A stretch of 27,483 nt of DNA from Candidatus Micrarchaeia archaeon (GCA_041500405.1 JBGQMB010000009.1:1-27483); one strand, 5' to 3'. Shown: positions 8,126 through 17,225, numbered from the stretch's first letter. Translations and numbers: made by a program. The notes: generated from the letters alone by a model not told the origin.

Positions 8126-9643
8126 CTACAAAAATTCCGAAAACTCGTTCTTCCTGTTCTTTTCCTTGCCTTTCCACTCGCTTATCATGTCCCCGAGCCC
8201 GGTCTTCTTTCCGTCGGCGACCTTCTTGCCCCTTACGCGGAATATCAGCGGAGACCTGACCGCCTCTCCGACAACAACGGCTTCCCCGACCTCCAAGCCA
8301 GGAAGCATGCCCATCAAGGACGAAGTCAAATTCTCTGAGCCCCTTTTTATGAAATCCAAATCGTTCGGGTTCGCAATCCTCAGGAAAACGTGGGTGTTGC
8401 ACTGGCTCAGTGCTGTCTGCGAAAGGTGCGCCGGCCTCTGCGTAATCAGGCAGATGGAAATCCCGAATTTCCTGCCTTCGCGCGCTATCTTCTCGACCTG
8501 CGACTTTGAGACATTCTCCCTTTTCTCCGCCTTTTCAGGGGCGAAGGTGTGCGCCTCCTCTAAGAAAACAACAACAGGCGGAATCCTTCCGGCTTTCCGC
8601 AGCTCAAACAATTGCTTCAATATGTAATATCCCTTGACTATCGCAGAGCGCGGGTCGTCCATCTCGGAAAAGTCAAAAACAAGCATGTGCCCAAGCTTGA
8701 CTTTCGAGACAAGGTCCGGGTGCCTTTCCTTCCCGATTATGCCCCTTCTGCCAAGCGAGCCGAACCTGCGCTTCAAAACGCCGTAAGTCCCGCCGGACTT
8801 CTTGTCAGCTTCGTTGGCGGACATGGTGTCTATTATGCCCATCAGCGTCGCCTCGTCCTGCGGCGCCTTCTCCGCGGCCATCTTCTCGTGCAGCGCCCCA
8901 AGCACCTGCTCCATCTTCTCCTCCTGCGCCTCGCTAGTGTCGGGGTAAAGCTCCTTCATTATGCCCATGCTCGCGTCCGCAGCGCCCATCCTTATGCTGT
9001 TTGCGCCAATCCTCTCAGTCCGCGGGCCGAACGTCTTGTCAGAGGCAAAATCAACATATTCCCCGTGCATGTCCAGCACAACGACGGCAGGCGCATCAGG
9101 GCTTGAAAGCAGCTCCTCAAGCATGACTTTCGTGAAATAGCTTTTTCCAGCCCCGCTCATGGCAAGCACCGCGGCATGCTTCTGGAACATCCTTTCGATG
9201 CTGAGGCTTACGCCAAGGCCGTGCGCCTCTATCTCCCCGAGTGCCATCCCGCCCTGCTTGAACCCGAAGAACCTGCCCAAAAGCTCGTTGTCCGCGACCA
9301 TTATCGCGGTGCCGGGGGAAACCGAAATCGTCGAGCGCCTGAAGCGTTTCTCCTTGTCCACTATGCCAAAAATGTCAACGTCCGCAACCGTGCTTTCGCC
9401 TTCCTTCACAGGATAGGCATCAGCGACGTTTCCGACAAAGCTGACGTCCTGTACATCTGAAAAGTAGATGTTCATGCTCCTTATCTCGGATATCATGCCT
9501 ATGGCGTGCCTTTCGCCGGGCAATTCCGCCTTTATGTACATGCCCTTCTGGATTCCAGCGCCCTTCTCCGCTATGAACGAGAATGAGTGCGTGTTGGGCC
9601 TTTCCTGGCTGCTGATGGCAGTACCTATCATCATAAGTGCCAT
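8126..9643 (-). CDS. herA: HerA-family ATPase / DNA helicase-translocase
   Basis: N-terminal HAS-barrel-like region, Walker A AMSGAGKS, LDMHGEY, Walker B FLEEAH, REGRKFG, TQRP, SQCNT. Start at ATG 9643 (or 9634); the longer ORF overlaps a real + strand gene. Confidence 0.9.
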   Translation of the reverse strand: MALMMIGTAISSQERPNTHSFSFIAEKGAGIQKGMYIKAELPGERHAIGMISEIRSMNIYFSDVQDVSFVGNVADAYPVKEGESTVADVDIFGIVDKEKRFRRSTISVSPGTAIMVADNELLGRFFGFKQGGMALGEIEAHGLGVSLSIERMFQKHAAVLAMSGAGKSYFTKVMLEELLSSPDAPAVVVLDMHGEYVDFASDKTFGPRTERIGANSIRMGAADASMGIMKELYPDTSEAQEEKMEQVLGALHEKMAAEKAPQDEATLMGIIDTMSANEADKKSGGTYGVLKRRFGSLGRRGIIGKERHPDLVSKVKLGHMLVFDFSEMDDPRSAIVKGYYILKQLFELRKAGRIPPVVVFLEEAHTFAPEKAEKRENVSKSQVEKIAREGRKFGISICLITQRPAHLSQTALSQCNTHVFLRIANPNDLDFIKRGSENLTSSLMGMLPGLEVGEAVVVGEAVRSPLIFRVRGKKVADGKKTGLGDMISEWKGKEKNRKNEFSEFL

Positions 9644-9686
9644 TTTATCGCAAAAATTTAAAAACCAAAGAGCCGAACATATGTGC

Positions 9687-9917
9687 ATGAAAGGACAGCT
9701 TTCCGCAGAAATGATAATCCTGGTGGTAGTGATACTCGCGATAGTCGCGATAGTGGCAAGCACGCTCATCTCCTCTGCAAAGGACACGAGCAGCTCGGTC
9801 ACGAACGCAACCACGAAGATATCCGAGAGCCTAGGCGCCATTTGCATAAAGGACGCGGACTGCACTGAGTTGGGCAGCGGCTACAGGTGCATCCAGGGAG
9901 AGTGCCAGCAGAAGTGA
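9687..9917 (+). CDS. Class III signal-peptide (type IV pilin-like) protein with Cys-rich C-terminus
   Basis: MKG|QLSAEM + hydrophobic helix (G|Q-x-S-x-E); tail C-x5-C-x8-C-x4-C. Alternative ATG at 9681. Confidence 0.85.
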   Translation: MKGQLSAEMIILVVVILAIVAIVASTLISSAKDTSSSVTNATTKISESLGAICIKDADCTELGSGYRCIQGECQQK

Positions 9918-10255
9918 AGGGCCAGGCTTCGGTCGAGTATATCATCCTTTTCGCGATAAGCCTAGTCATAGTGCTGATTGTGATAAACGCCCTGATGGTC
10001 CTCTCCGACTCGGTCGGGCAGTACAACAGCAAGCAGCGCTCCCTGCTTGCCAGGGATGCGCTTTTGTCGGCGGCAAGGGACGCATGCTACATCGGGGACG
10101 GGACGTCTTTTTTTGTTGAGCTGGGCGACACTGTCAACGTGACTGAAAACAAGGTAAACGGCCTTGTGTATGAACTTCCGTGCGAAATCGAGCCCGGAGC
10201 CTATAGGGACCGGGTCCTTGTTGAAAACCAGGAAAACAAAATAAAAATAGGCTGA
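9914..10255 (+). CDS. Class III signal-peptide (type IV pilin-like) protein
   Basis: GTG start overlapping the previous TGA (GTGA); MKG|QASVEY + hydrophobic helix. Confidence 0.85.
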   Translation: MKGQASVEYIILFAISLVIVLIVINALMVLSDSVGQYNSKQRSLLARDALLSAARDACYIGDGTSFFVELGDTVNVTENKVNGLVYELPCEIEPGAYRDRVLVENQENKIKIG

Positions 10256-10786
10256 TTATTTTTTCCCGAACTTGTCCTTGTACATCTGCTGGGCCTTGGC
10301 GAAGACCTTCTCGGCCTCCTTTTTGTCGAACCAGCCGACAACGTCGGAGAACTTGCCCTTCTCCAAGTCCTTGTACCTCTGGAAGAAGTGCTGGAGCTCG
10401 TTGAGGAACGCCTCCGGGACGTCGTATATGTCATTGACCTTCTCGTAGTACGGGTCGTCGTTGGGTATGCAGAACAGCTTGTCGTCAGTGCCGTGCTCGT
10501 CCTTCATCCTGAACACGCCGATTGCCCTGCATTCTATCACGCATCCCGGGAAAGTCGGATACCTTGTCAGGACCATGCCGTCTATAGGGTCGTTGTCCTC
10601 GTACCACGTGTGCGGCACGAACCCGTACTCTATCGGGTAGTGGAACGGCGAGTGCAGTATCCTGTCGTGCTTGAATATCTCCGTCTTGAAGTCGTACTCG
10701 TACTTGTTCCTGCTTCCCTTCGGTATCTCCACAACCACGTTCATCTTGTTTAAAGTTCCGCTTTCTATTCCATGCAACAGATTCAT
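10256..10786 (-). CDS. ppa: Family I soluble inorganic pyrophosphatase
   Basis: VEIPKGSRNKYE, YGFVP, DNDPID, DDKL, HFFQRYKDLE. Confidence 0.96.
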   Translation of the reverse strand: MNLLHGIESGTLNKMNVVVEIPKGSRNKYEYDFKTEIFKHDRILHSPFHYPIEYGFVPHTWYEDNDPIDGMVLTRYPTFPGCVIECRAIGVFRMKDEHGTDDKLFCIPNDDPYYEKVNDIYDVPEAFLNELQHFFQRYKDLEKGKFSDVVGWFDKKEAEKVFAKAQQMYKDKFGKK

Positions 10787-12450
10787 TTTTGTTCACCTTT
10801 TTTCGTTATTATGTCCTCGACTATCGCGCTGTATGCCGGCCTTGAGACCAAGACTCCAAGGGCATATGCGAATATTGACGAAACCGCGAATCCCACAACC
10901 TCCACTATGTTCACGAAGAACAGCGGAAGCATGGAAACGGTTGCGACAAGCGCGTTGTTGTTGATTATGCTGAACGCGCGCTTTATCGCGTCCTTCTTGT
11001 CTTCCCTTCTCAGGAGCTCGCCTGTTATGACTATCTGCGCGTCAACGCTGATTCCGGCTGACGCTATGATGCCGGCCATTGCCGGCAGGTCTATGGTGAA
11101 CGAGCCCACTATGGATATGAGTATGACCAGCTCTGCCACGGTTATCAAAAGCATCGGCAGGACCAATTCAATCCTCCTGCTGAATGCGAGTGTCAGGAAA
11201 AGGATGACCGCAACCAGGCTTGCCAGTATGGCTATGATGGAATAGTTGAGGAACTTTTCCCCGAGCGTCGCGGGTATGTAAGTCTTGCTCCCTGCGCTTA
11301 GCTTCACCGGGAACGCCCCTCCCTTGAGCACGGACGTTATGGACTTGGCCTCGTTTTCCGCGGCAACCTGCCTTTCATAGGAGCTTCCCTTGATCGGCGC
11401 GTTTCCGGAGATTGTGTAGCTTAGCGATATGCTTCCCTTTGTTATGTCAGGGCTTAGGACAGGCGCCGAAATCAGGCCTATTGCCTTCCACTGGTTGACG
11501 AACAGCATCGAGCCCGCAGAGAACTCGGGATACATCCCGTCCGCGGAGTAAGAGATGACCTTTGCGCCCCTTGCCCTGAGCGCCTTGTCCAGGGTGGAAT
11601 TCACCTCGACAATATACGTTGTGTTGGAGCTCATGTTGTCCAAAAGGGCTATGCTGTCCTCATATTCCATCTCCACCTTTCCGGCCTCATTGTCAAGCGC
11701 CTCGTCCAGCGCTATTATCACGCTGTCCAGGTCCGTGGTGATGTTGGACGTTATGTTTGACAGCTTTTCCCTGTTGAGCACCAGCGTCGCCCCGGACGGC
11801 ATGTCAAGGTACATGTAAAGCGGGTAGTTGCCCTTGCCCTTGACATTTGCGGCGAACTTCTTTGCGGCATCCGGCGTTACGCTGAATGCGACGCCCCAAT
11901 CAGCGCCCATCTGCGCGGCGTATGTGGATGCTATCTGGTATATCGTTCCAGGCAGTATGTCAGTTCCGCTTATCACGACCTTTCCGTCCACTACGCCCTT
12001 GTATACTCCCTGCTGGGTTATTGCGCTTTCTATCCTTTTGAGCGTTTCCTCGTTGTCGCTGGGCACCTCTATGAATATCCTGTCGTTCCCTATGGCCTGC
12101 ACCTTGACCTGCTCAAGGCCAAGCGTTGAGGCGCGCGTCTTCAGGCTTGTGACTATATTTTGCATGACATCATCCGAGACGGGGCTCTCGAGCGTTACCG
12201 GTATCCTGGTTCCGCCGGCAAAGTCCAGGCCCCACCTTATCCCGTTCAGGTAGATGTTGGAAACTGCAAGAAGGAACAGCAGGCAGAGCGCCAATATCTT
12301 GACATTTTTGTCGGATGACGTGAACGATATGTACCCATAGGTTATGAGCACCACGAGCATTATGAAATTGTTGACCGTGCTGTAAACCGCAAGGCCTGAG
12401 AGGAAGGCAAAGAAAAGCCCGAGCAAAAGCAGGTATTTGAAGTCAATCAT
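10783..12450 (-). CDS. secD: Protein translocase subunit SecD
   Basis: GLDFAGGTRI, LKGGAFP, PATLG, DLPAMAGIIASAGISVDAQIVI; start MIDFK at 12450 overlaps the secF stop (ATGA). Confidence 0.92.
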   Translation of the reverse strand: MIDFKYLLLLGLFFAFLSGLAVYSTVNNFIMLVVLITYGYISFTSSDKNVKILALCLLFLLAVSNIYLNGIRWGLDFAGGTRIPVTLESPVSDDVMQNIVTSLKTRASTLGLEQVKVQAIGNDRIFIEVPSDNEETLKRIESAITQQGVYKGVVDGKVVISGTDILPGTIYQIASTYAAQMGADWGVAFSVTPDAAKKFAANVKGKGNYPLYMYLDMPSGATLVLNREKLSNITSNITTDLDSVIIALDEALDNEAGKVEMEYEDSIALLDNMSSNTTYIVEVNSTLDKALRARGAKVISYSADGMYPEFSAGSMLFVNQWKAIGLISAPVLSPDITKGSISLSYTISGNAPIKGSSYERQVAAENEAKSITSVLKGGAFPVKLSAGSKTYIPATLGEKFLNYSIIAILASLVAVILFLTLAFSRRIELVLPMLLITVAELVILISIVGSFTIDLPAMAGIIASAGISVDAQIVITGELLRREDKKDAIKRAFSIINNNALVATVSMLPLFFVNIVEVVGFAVSSIFAYALGVLVSRPAYSAIVEDIITKKGEQK

Positions 12451-13520
12451 TGCGGCTTCCCCCCGAACAGCTTCAGCAGAAGCACGGCATTGATGCCCCA
12501 TGTGGCGAACAGGTCGCCGACAAGCCCGAGCAGCACGGTCGACGATATCTGGCTGTACACCGGTATCTTGAGCAGCCAGGAGATGTAGAACAAAACCCCG
12601 AATGACAGTATTCCGGAGAATGTCATGAGCACGCCGCTGTGCATGGCTTTCCACGCGCTTTCCTCCGCAGTCTCGTCCCTGCCCTTCTTGAGTATATTGG
12701 TCGTAAGCAGGATGTCTGTGTCAAGCGAATACCCCACTAGGCTCATCAGCGCAGAGAAGCTTGCGAGCGTCATCGGTATCTGGAAAAACGCCATAAGGCC
12801 GACCGATATGGTCACGTCCGCCGCTGCGCCGCTGAGCACCGCGACGCTGGGCCCGATGTTCCTGAAAAGGATGAAAATAAGGACTATTGAGAAAATTGCG
12901 GACATCAGTGCGGCCTGCGTGGCCTTGCCTATCATGGCAATGCTTAGCGTCGGCGTAACAGTCTGGAAGCTGAAGCTGTCGACAGACATCTGCGAGGTCA
13001 GGGAATCCTTTATGCCGTTCTCGTAGTCCGACCTTACCTTGTCGTACATCGCGTTGAACTGGTCCAGGTATTCCCTGGGGTTTGACACGGTCTTGTTGTA
13101 GGGTATGCCGGAGATGTTTTCCGACTTGTCCAGTATTTTGAATATCTCCTGCTGTTCCGCGGAATAATCCTTCTCCTGCGCCATCTTTAACGAGAGGTTC
13201 TCCACAAGCCCGCTTATCTTGTCCTTTTCATCCTCTATATATTCTATGTTTTCGGTGTTGGGAACCTCTATCTCAAGCCTGTATCCGTACGGCGTCTCGT
13301 AGTGCTGTATGCTGACTTCCGAGAAACCGCTCTGCAAAAGCCTGCTTTCTATGAGCGAGGTGTCCACCTGCTGGGACGTGTCCACTATGACAAGCGTTCC
13401 CCCGTTGAACTCGACGCCGTATTTTATGTTGCTGAAATTGAGCAGCGAGAATGCTATCAGCAGGACAGCTATGGCGGTAAAGACAAGGTACATCCTGTTC
13501 TTGTAGATATTCATTTCCAT
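12447..13520 (-). CDS. secF: Protein translocase subunit SecF
   Basis: GVEFNGGT, VTPTLS, GYSLDTDILLT, GLVGDLFATW; start at 13520 or 13514 (the longer ORF runs into the tRNA). Confidence 0.92.
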   Translation of the reverse strand: MEMNIYKNRMYLVFTAIAVLLIAFSLLNFSNIKYGVEFNGGTLVIVDTSQQVDTSLIESRLLQSGFSEVSIQHYETPYGYRLEIEVPNTENIEYIEDEKDKISGLVENLSLKMAQEKDYSAEQQEIFKILDKSENISGIPYNKTVSNPREYLDQFNAMYDKVRSDYENGIKDSLTSQMSVDSFSFQTVTPTLSIAMIGKATQAALMSAIFSIVLIFILFRNIGPSVAVLSGAAADVTISVGLMAFFQIPMTLASFSALMSLVGYSLDTDILLTTNILKKGRDETAEESAWKAMHSGVLMTFSGILSFGVLFYISWLLKIPVYSQISSTVLLGLVGDLFATWGINAVLLLKLFGGKPQ

Positions 13521-13563
13521 TTTCTTTCCCGCCTCTTGCCGTTTTTCATTTTCCGACGGATTT

Positions 13564-13636
13564 TGCTCCGGCCGGGGTTCGAACCCGGGTCGCTGGCTTG
13601 AAAGGCCAGAATCCTTGACCACTAGACGATCGGAGC
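13564..13636 (-). tRNA. tRNA-Glu(UUC), intronless, CCA not encoded
   Basis: GCTCCGA-TC-GTCT AGTGGTCAA GGAT-T-CTGGC CT TTC AA GCCAG-CGAC-CCGGG TTCGAAC CCCGG-CCGGAGC-A. Confidence 0.96.
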
Positions 13637-13766
13637 CCGGTCCTCGGTTGCTTCCAGGTGTTGTTTAATCCTGAACAGGGTTTAAAAATATATTGGGCGG
13701 CGGAAAAACGCCACAAAACCACGGAATAGGACAGTATTTTTAACCCTTTCCAGCCAAAAGGCAGCT

Positions 13767-14591
13767 ATGACGCAGGCCAGCATTGGAAAAACGCATCTAA
13801 AGATACAGCTCAACCCGAACATAAAGATACTGTGGAGCCTGAAATACATAGCTGCATTCATAATAACGTTCCTGATGTTTTATGCGTTCGAGGCTGTGAC
13901 AGGGGGCTGGGACGCGTTCATATCGGATTTCATGCTCCAGCTGGCGTTTGTCGCGATAATCGCGACCTTCGTTTTCTTCTATTATATAGAGATGAAGTAC
14001 AAGGGATATTATTACATGCTTACCGAAACCGAGCTGGTCTTCAGGAAGGGCATAATAAACACGATAAAGACGGTGGTTCCGTTCAAGGAAATACAGAACC
14101 TCAACATAGAGAAAAACGCGCTTGAGCGCATGCTTGGCATAGCGAACCTGCGGATAGAGACGGCAGGCTCCAACATAACGGAGAGCGAGATCATGCTTCC
14201 CGGCGTGGAGAACGCGGACGATCTCTCGGACATGATACGCAGGAAGATGGAGGACATGAAGGCCGGCAAGCCGACCCCAGAGTCCTGCGAGGCGATATCC
14301 TTCGAGCACGTTGACAAGGCCCAGAACAATAAGATAGAAGGCCTTGAGAAGAGGATAACCGGGCTTGAGACAAAGCTGGACGACCTGGCAAGGAGCGAGG
14401 AAAGGCGGGGCAACGAGATAGAGACGGTTATGGAATCGGTTGACACGGTTCATACGGAGATGAAGCTGGTGCACTCGTCTATAGCCAAGCTCATGCACGC
14501 CTCGGAGGAAACCTCCGGCAGCATGGACAAGATAGGCAAGCTGATGGCAAAAATCGCAACCAACGCCAAGGCAAAGCCAAGGAAAAAGTGA
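13767..14591 (+). CDS. Membrane protein with bacterial PH (YdbS/bPH_2-like) domain and C-terminal coiled coil
   Basis: Two N-terminal TM helices, then YYMLTETELVFRKGII..VPFKEIQNL...LERMLGIANLRIETAG, then a heptad-rich tail. Confidence 0.82.
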   Translation: MTQASIGKTHLKIQLNPNIKILWSLKYIAAFIITFLMFYAFEAVTGGWDAFISDFMLQLAFVAIIATFVFFYYIEMKYKGYYYMLTETELVFRKGIINTIKTVVPFKEIQNLNIEKNALERMLGIANLRIETAGSNITESEIMLPGVENADDLSDMIRRKMEDMKAGKPTPESCEAISFEHVDKAQNNKIEGLEKRITGLETKLDDLARSEERRGNEIETVMESVDTVHTEMKLVHSSIAKLMHASEETSGSMDKIGKLMAKIATNAKAKPRKK

Positions 14592-14633
14592 TTTCGCAAG
14601 TATTATAAATGCTTTCCGGCATATGGTGGGTCT

Positions 14634-14813
14634 ATGGAGAACAACAAGTACGTAAGGGCAAGGATTCTTTCCGCAAGGTCGTTCGAGATAGCGGTGGATG
14701 CGCCGATACACGTGAAGGCAACCGGAAAGGAAAGGCCGCTTGAAATCGCGCTCAAGGAAATGGATGAAAAGAAGATTCCGCTCGTCTTATATGACGCGGA
14801 GAAGAAGGAATAA
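14634..14813 (+). CDS. rpoK: DNA-directed RNA polymerase subunit Rpo6 (K)
   Basis: 59 aa, not in the ORF track: MENNKYVRARILSARSFEIAVDAPIHVKATGKERPLEIALKEMDEKKIPLVLYDAEKKE matches the Rpo6 pattern (Y-x-RARI-x2-AR...AP...P-x2-IA-x2-E...IPL). Confidence 0.85.
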   Translation: MENNKYVRARILSARSFEIAVDAPIHVKATGKERPLEIALKEMDEKKIPLVLYDAEKKE

Positions 14814-14814
14814 T

Positions 14815-15243
14815 CTATCTTATCCTTTCAATATTCTTTACTATCATTTCAGACTGGCCGGCATCAAGGCCAAAAAGCGCGCAAATCAGTTCCCTCTCGG
14901 TTTTGTCCCTCATGGATGCCTCGTCCTTGCCGAAAGACGCAAAAGTGAACCTTATCGAATATTTTTGGAGGAAACAAACCCACCTTCTCAGCCTTTCAAG
15001 CTCCCTGGCCTTTTCCGCCCCGTCGCTGGATATCAGGCCGTTCAGCGGAAGAACCGCCGTCAAATTTGGGTTCTTGGACACCTTTGACAGCACGCCCTCG
15101 TTGAATGACTCAAGGAAAATGAATCCTTTGTGCTTGTCTATCCAGTTGTCCGCCCTTTCGCCGATCCTGACAACCTTTTTTGAGCTGAGCAAATCGCTGA
15201 AAAGGAGGCCGTCCGGGCTTTTGAAAAGCGCAATGTCCGTCAT
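14815..15243 (-). CDS. rnp3: Shortened RNase P protein Rpp30-like
   Basis: 142 aa from ATG 15243 (ATGA overlap with rpl15e). C-terminal half resembles Rpp30 (G-x-EKARELERLRR...KY-x-I-x-F...S...MR...ALFGL); rpl15e-rnp3 adjacency is conserved in archaea. Confidence 0.62.
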   Translation of the reverse strand: MTDIALFKSPDGLLFSDLLSSKKVVRIGERADNWIDKHKGFIFLESFNEGVLSKVSKNPNLTAVLPLNGLISSDGAEKARELERLRRWVCFLQKYSIRFTFASFGKDEASMRDKTERELICALFGLDAGQSEMIVKNIERIR

Positions 15244-15812
15244 TTCCTGTAGTGCTCGTATGCCCTTTCCTTCTTTCTGGACCTGATTCTCCTTGTGGAA
15301 AGGCCCTTCGCCCTCAATCCCCTGACCTTCCTCCCGGCAGAAGTCAGTGCCCTGTAGGCCCTTCCCTTGTTGGCTATCTCGTCGCTCATGTATTCCGGCA
15401 GGTTCGGGCTGCCCCTTTCCGCCAGTATGACCTCGAAATACTTGTACTGCCCGTCCTCGCCCACCCAGTAGGAGTTCAGCACTTCCATGTTGCTGAATTT
15501 TCTGGACGCCTTTTCTTCGGCGACCATCCTGAGGGACTTGTCCAGGGCGTCGTAGCTGTAGTTTGTCTTTGCCTTTCTTCCCTTTGCCGGGGTGACCCTC
15601 TTTCTCCTTCCCTTGCCCATTTTTACCCTGGCAACGACTATGCCCTGCTTTGCCTTGTACCCCAGGGAGCGCGCCCTTATCAGGTTTGACGGCCTCTCGA
15701 CCCTCATGATGGTAGGCTCCTTTCTCCACCTTATCACCCTTTCCCTGTATTCCGGGCTCCTCGTCTTGTATTCGTTTTCCAGCGTTTCCTTGATATACTT
15801 GTATGCTCCCAT
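15240..15812 (-). CDS. rpl15e: 50S ribosomal protein L15e
   Basis: MGAYKYI, RARSLGYKAKQG, VLNSYWVGEDGQYKYFEVIL, LTSAGRKVRGL. Confidence 0.97.
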   Translation of the reverse strand: MGAYKYIKETLENEYKTRSPEYRERVIRWRKEPTIMRVERPSNLIRARSLGYKAKQGIVVARVKMGKGRRKRVTPAKGRKAKTNYSYDALDKSLRMVAEEKASRKFSNMEVLNSYWVGEDGQYKYFEVILAERGSPNLPEYMSDEIANKGRAYRALTSAGRKVRGLRAKGLSTRRIRSRKKERAYEHYRK

Positions 15813-15831
15813 CTTCAACACCTTTCATCCT

Positions 15832-16167
15832 TCAGCCTTCGGCCACATCGGACTTTGCAAGCATTATTGCCTCTGCTATGTCCCCATTCGTCCTTTGGAG
15901 GAGCTCCGCGGCCTTTTCCATGCTTATCTCGGCCTTCTCGGACACCATCCTCACGTCGTCCTCGCTGTACGGGGTTTCTGAAACAGTCCCCGTTATCTGG
16001 AACATGGCCTGCCCCTTTATGTCCATCCTTACCACGGACGGGCTTTTTATCACCACGTTCCCGGACGTTCCCCTTATGATTACCTCTTTCGCCTCTATCT
16101 CCGTTGTCTGTATCCCCATCTGCTTCATTGCCTTTTCCATCTGCCTGGGGTCAAACATCTTGAACAC
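15832..16167 (-). CDS. nac: Nascent polypeptide-associated complex protein
   Basis: DPRQMEKAMKQMGI, EVII, FQITG and UBA-like GDIAEAIM. Confidence 0.93.
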   Translation of the reverse strand: MFKMFDPRQMEKAMKQMGIQTTEIEAKEVIIRGTSGNVVIKSPSVVRMDIKGQAMFQITGTVSETPYSEDDVRMVSEKAEISMEKAAELLQRTNGDIAEAIMLAKSDVAEG

Positions 16168-16764
16168 TCAGTTGAATATTTCGTGGAGCTCCAGCTTCTT
16201 TATCACGAGGCTGTCCACCGGGTTTATCTTGTTCACGGATTTCGCTATCTCATCCAGGAAAGTGTCATCCACGATGCCTTTTATAAGGTCGTAGTAGGTC
16301 CTCTCCGTCGCAGCCGCGACCAGCTTTGTGACCAGTTCCCTCCTGACGTTCTTCTTCATCACGGTCGAAACCTTCTCCCTTGTGACAAGCATGGTCTTTA
16401 TCCTGACCTTCCTGCCGTCCTTGGATGTTATGTCAACCACGTCGTGAAGCACGCTTTTCCTTCTCCTTGCGAGCGCCCTCAGGTAGCTGGACGCGAGCGT
16501 CATGCCGATAATTTCGGTTTCTGCCCTCTTGTCCTTCACTCCGGTTATCCTGAAAAGTATCTTTGCGTACATCGACTCCGGCTTCATCCTTCCGGTTATC
16601 TCGACCAGCGCAATCGGCACTATCCTGTTCACAAGGTTGTCCGGGTCGGAGGAAACTACCTCGCCGACCTTCTTGTTCTCGAATGCGGCAGGCGCGAGCA
16701 CCTCGTACCACTCCTTGCTTTTCCACTTGTCAACGACTTTGCCCTTGGGCTTTTTTTCCGCCAT
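16168..16764 (-). CDS. rps3ae: 30S ribosomal protein S3Ae (eS1)
   Basis: DKWKSKEWYEVLAP, YLRALARRRKS, KINPV...IKKLE. Confidence 0.96.
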   Translation of the reverse strand: MAEKKPKGKVVDKWKSKEWYEVLAPAAFENKKVGEVVSSDPDNLVNRIVPIALVEITGRMKPESMYAKILFRITGVKDKRAETEIIGMTLASSYLRALARRRKSVLHDVVDITSKDGRKVRIKTMLVTREKVSTVMKKNVRRELVTKLVAAATERTYYDLIKGIVDDTFLDEIAKSVNKINPVDSLVIKKLELHEIFN

Positions 16765-16769
16765 TCAAA

Positions 16770-17225
16770 TCACCTTACAAGGAGCGCCGCGGTCTCAGGC
16801 GTGTACTTCCAGCCCTTCTCGAGCATCTTCCTTTTTGTGTAATATTTCGTGAGCCTGTTTATCTTCGCAACGACGTGGCCGTACTTGACCTTGTTCAGGG
16901 CGTCCTTCTTGTTGTTCTTCAAATGTCCCCAGAGCCTCGTAGCCTTTGTTATCAGCTGCATGAAATCCTCTGGAAGCTTTGTGTAAAGCTTTTCCTCCCT
17001 GAGGAACTGCATGAGCGTCTTTCCGGTAAGGAGCTTGAACGACGGAACCGCGTAACTGTCCCTGAGCACAAGCCCTATCTCGGAGGGCTTCATTCCCTGC
17101 TTGGAAAGCTTCCTCACGGTCTCTTTTATCTCGTCAACATCGGCGCTTGCCCATTTCGGAAGCTCCTTTGCCTTCGGCCTCTTTCTCCTGCTTTTGCCGC
17201 GTTTTTTTGAATGCATTTTTGCCAT
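16770..17225 (-). CDS. rps15: 30S ribosomal protein S15 (uS15/S13e)
   Basis: MAKMHSKKRGKS, PSEIGLVLRDSY, LPED, HLKNNKKD, KINRLTKYY, WKY. Confidence 0.97.
   Translation of the reverse strand: MAKMHSKKRGKSRRKRPKAKELPKWASADVDEIKETVRKLSKQGMKPSEIGLVLRDSYAVPSFKLLTGKTLMQFLREEKLYTKLPEDFMQLITKATRLWGHLKNNKKDALNKVKYGHVVAKINRLTKYYTKRKMLEKGWKYTPETAALLVR

Noticed and set aside
9644..9865. Long N-terminal extension of HerA (and the 9468 start of the pilin ORF)
   Set aside because: These are mutual antisense read-through of two real divergent genes.
12451..13622. Extended starts of SecD (12654) and SecF (13622)
   Set aside because: They overlap secF and the tRNA respectively; downstream ATGs give normal proteins and an ATGA coupling.
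13564..13766. tRNA-Glu as an integration site
   Set aside because: No integrase and no duplicated tRNA 3' end seen in the window.
13797..14711. 304-aa minus-strand ORF and similar long antisense ORFs (e.g. 16183-16842, 22327-22935, 24874-25569)
   Set aside because: Shadows of well-supported genes on the opposite strand with no recognisable motifs.
15244..15828. 337-aa ORF as a fusion or overlapping gene
   Set aside because: The first 195 codons are an alternative frame of rpl15e; only the part from ATG 15243 looks protein-like.
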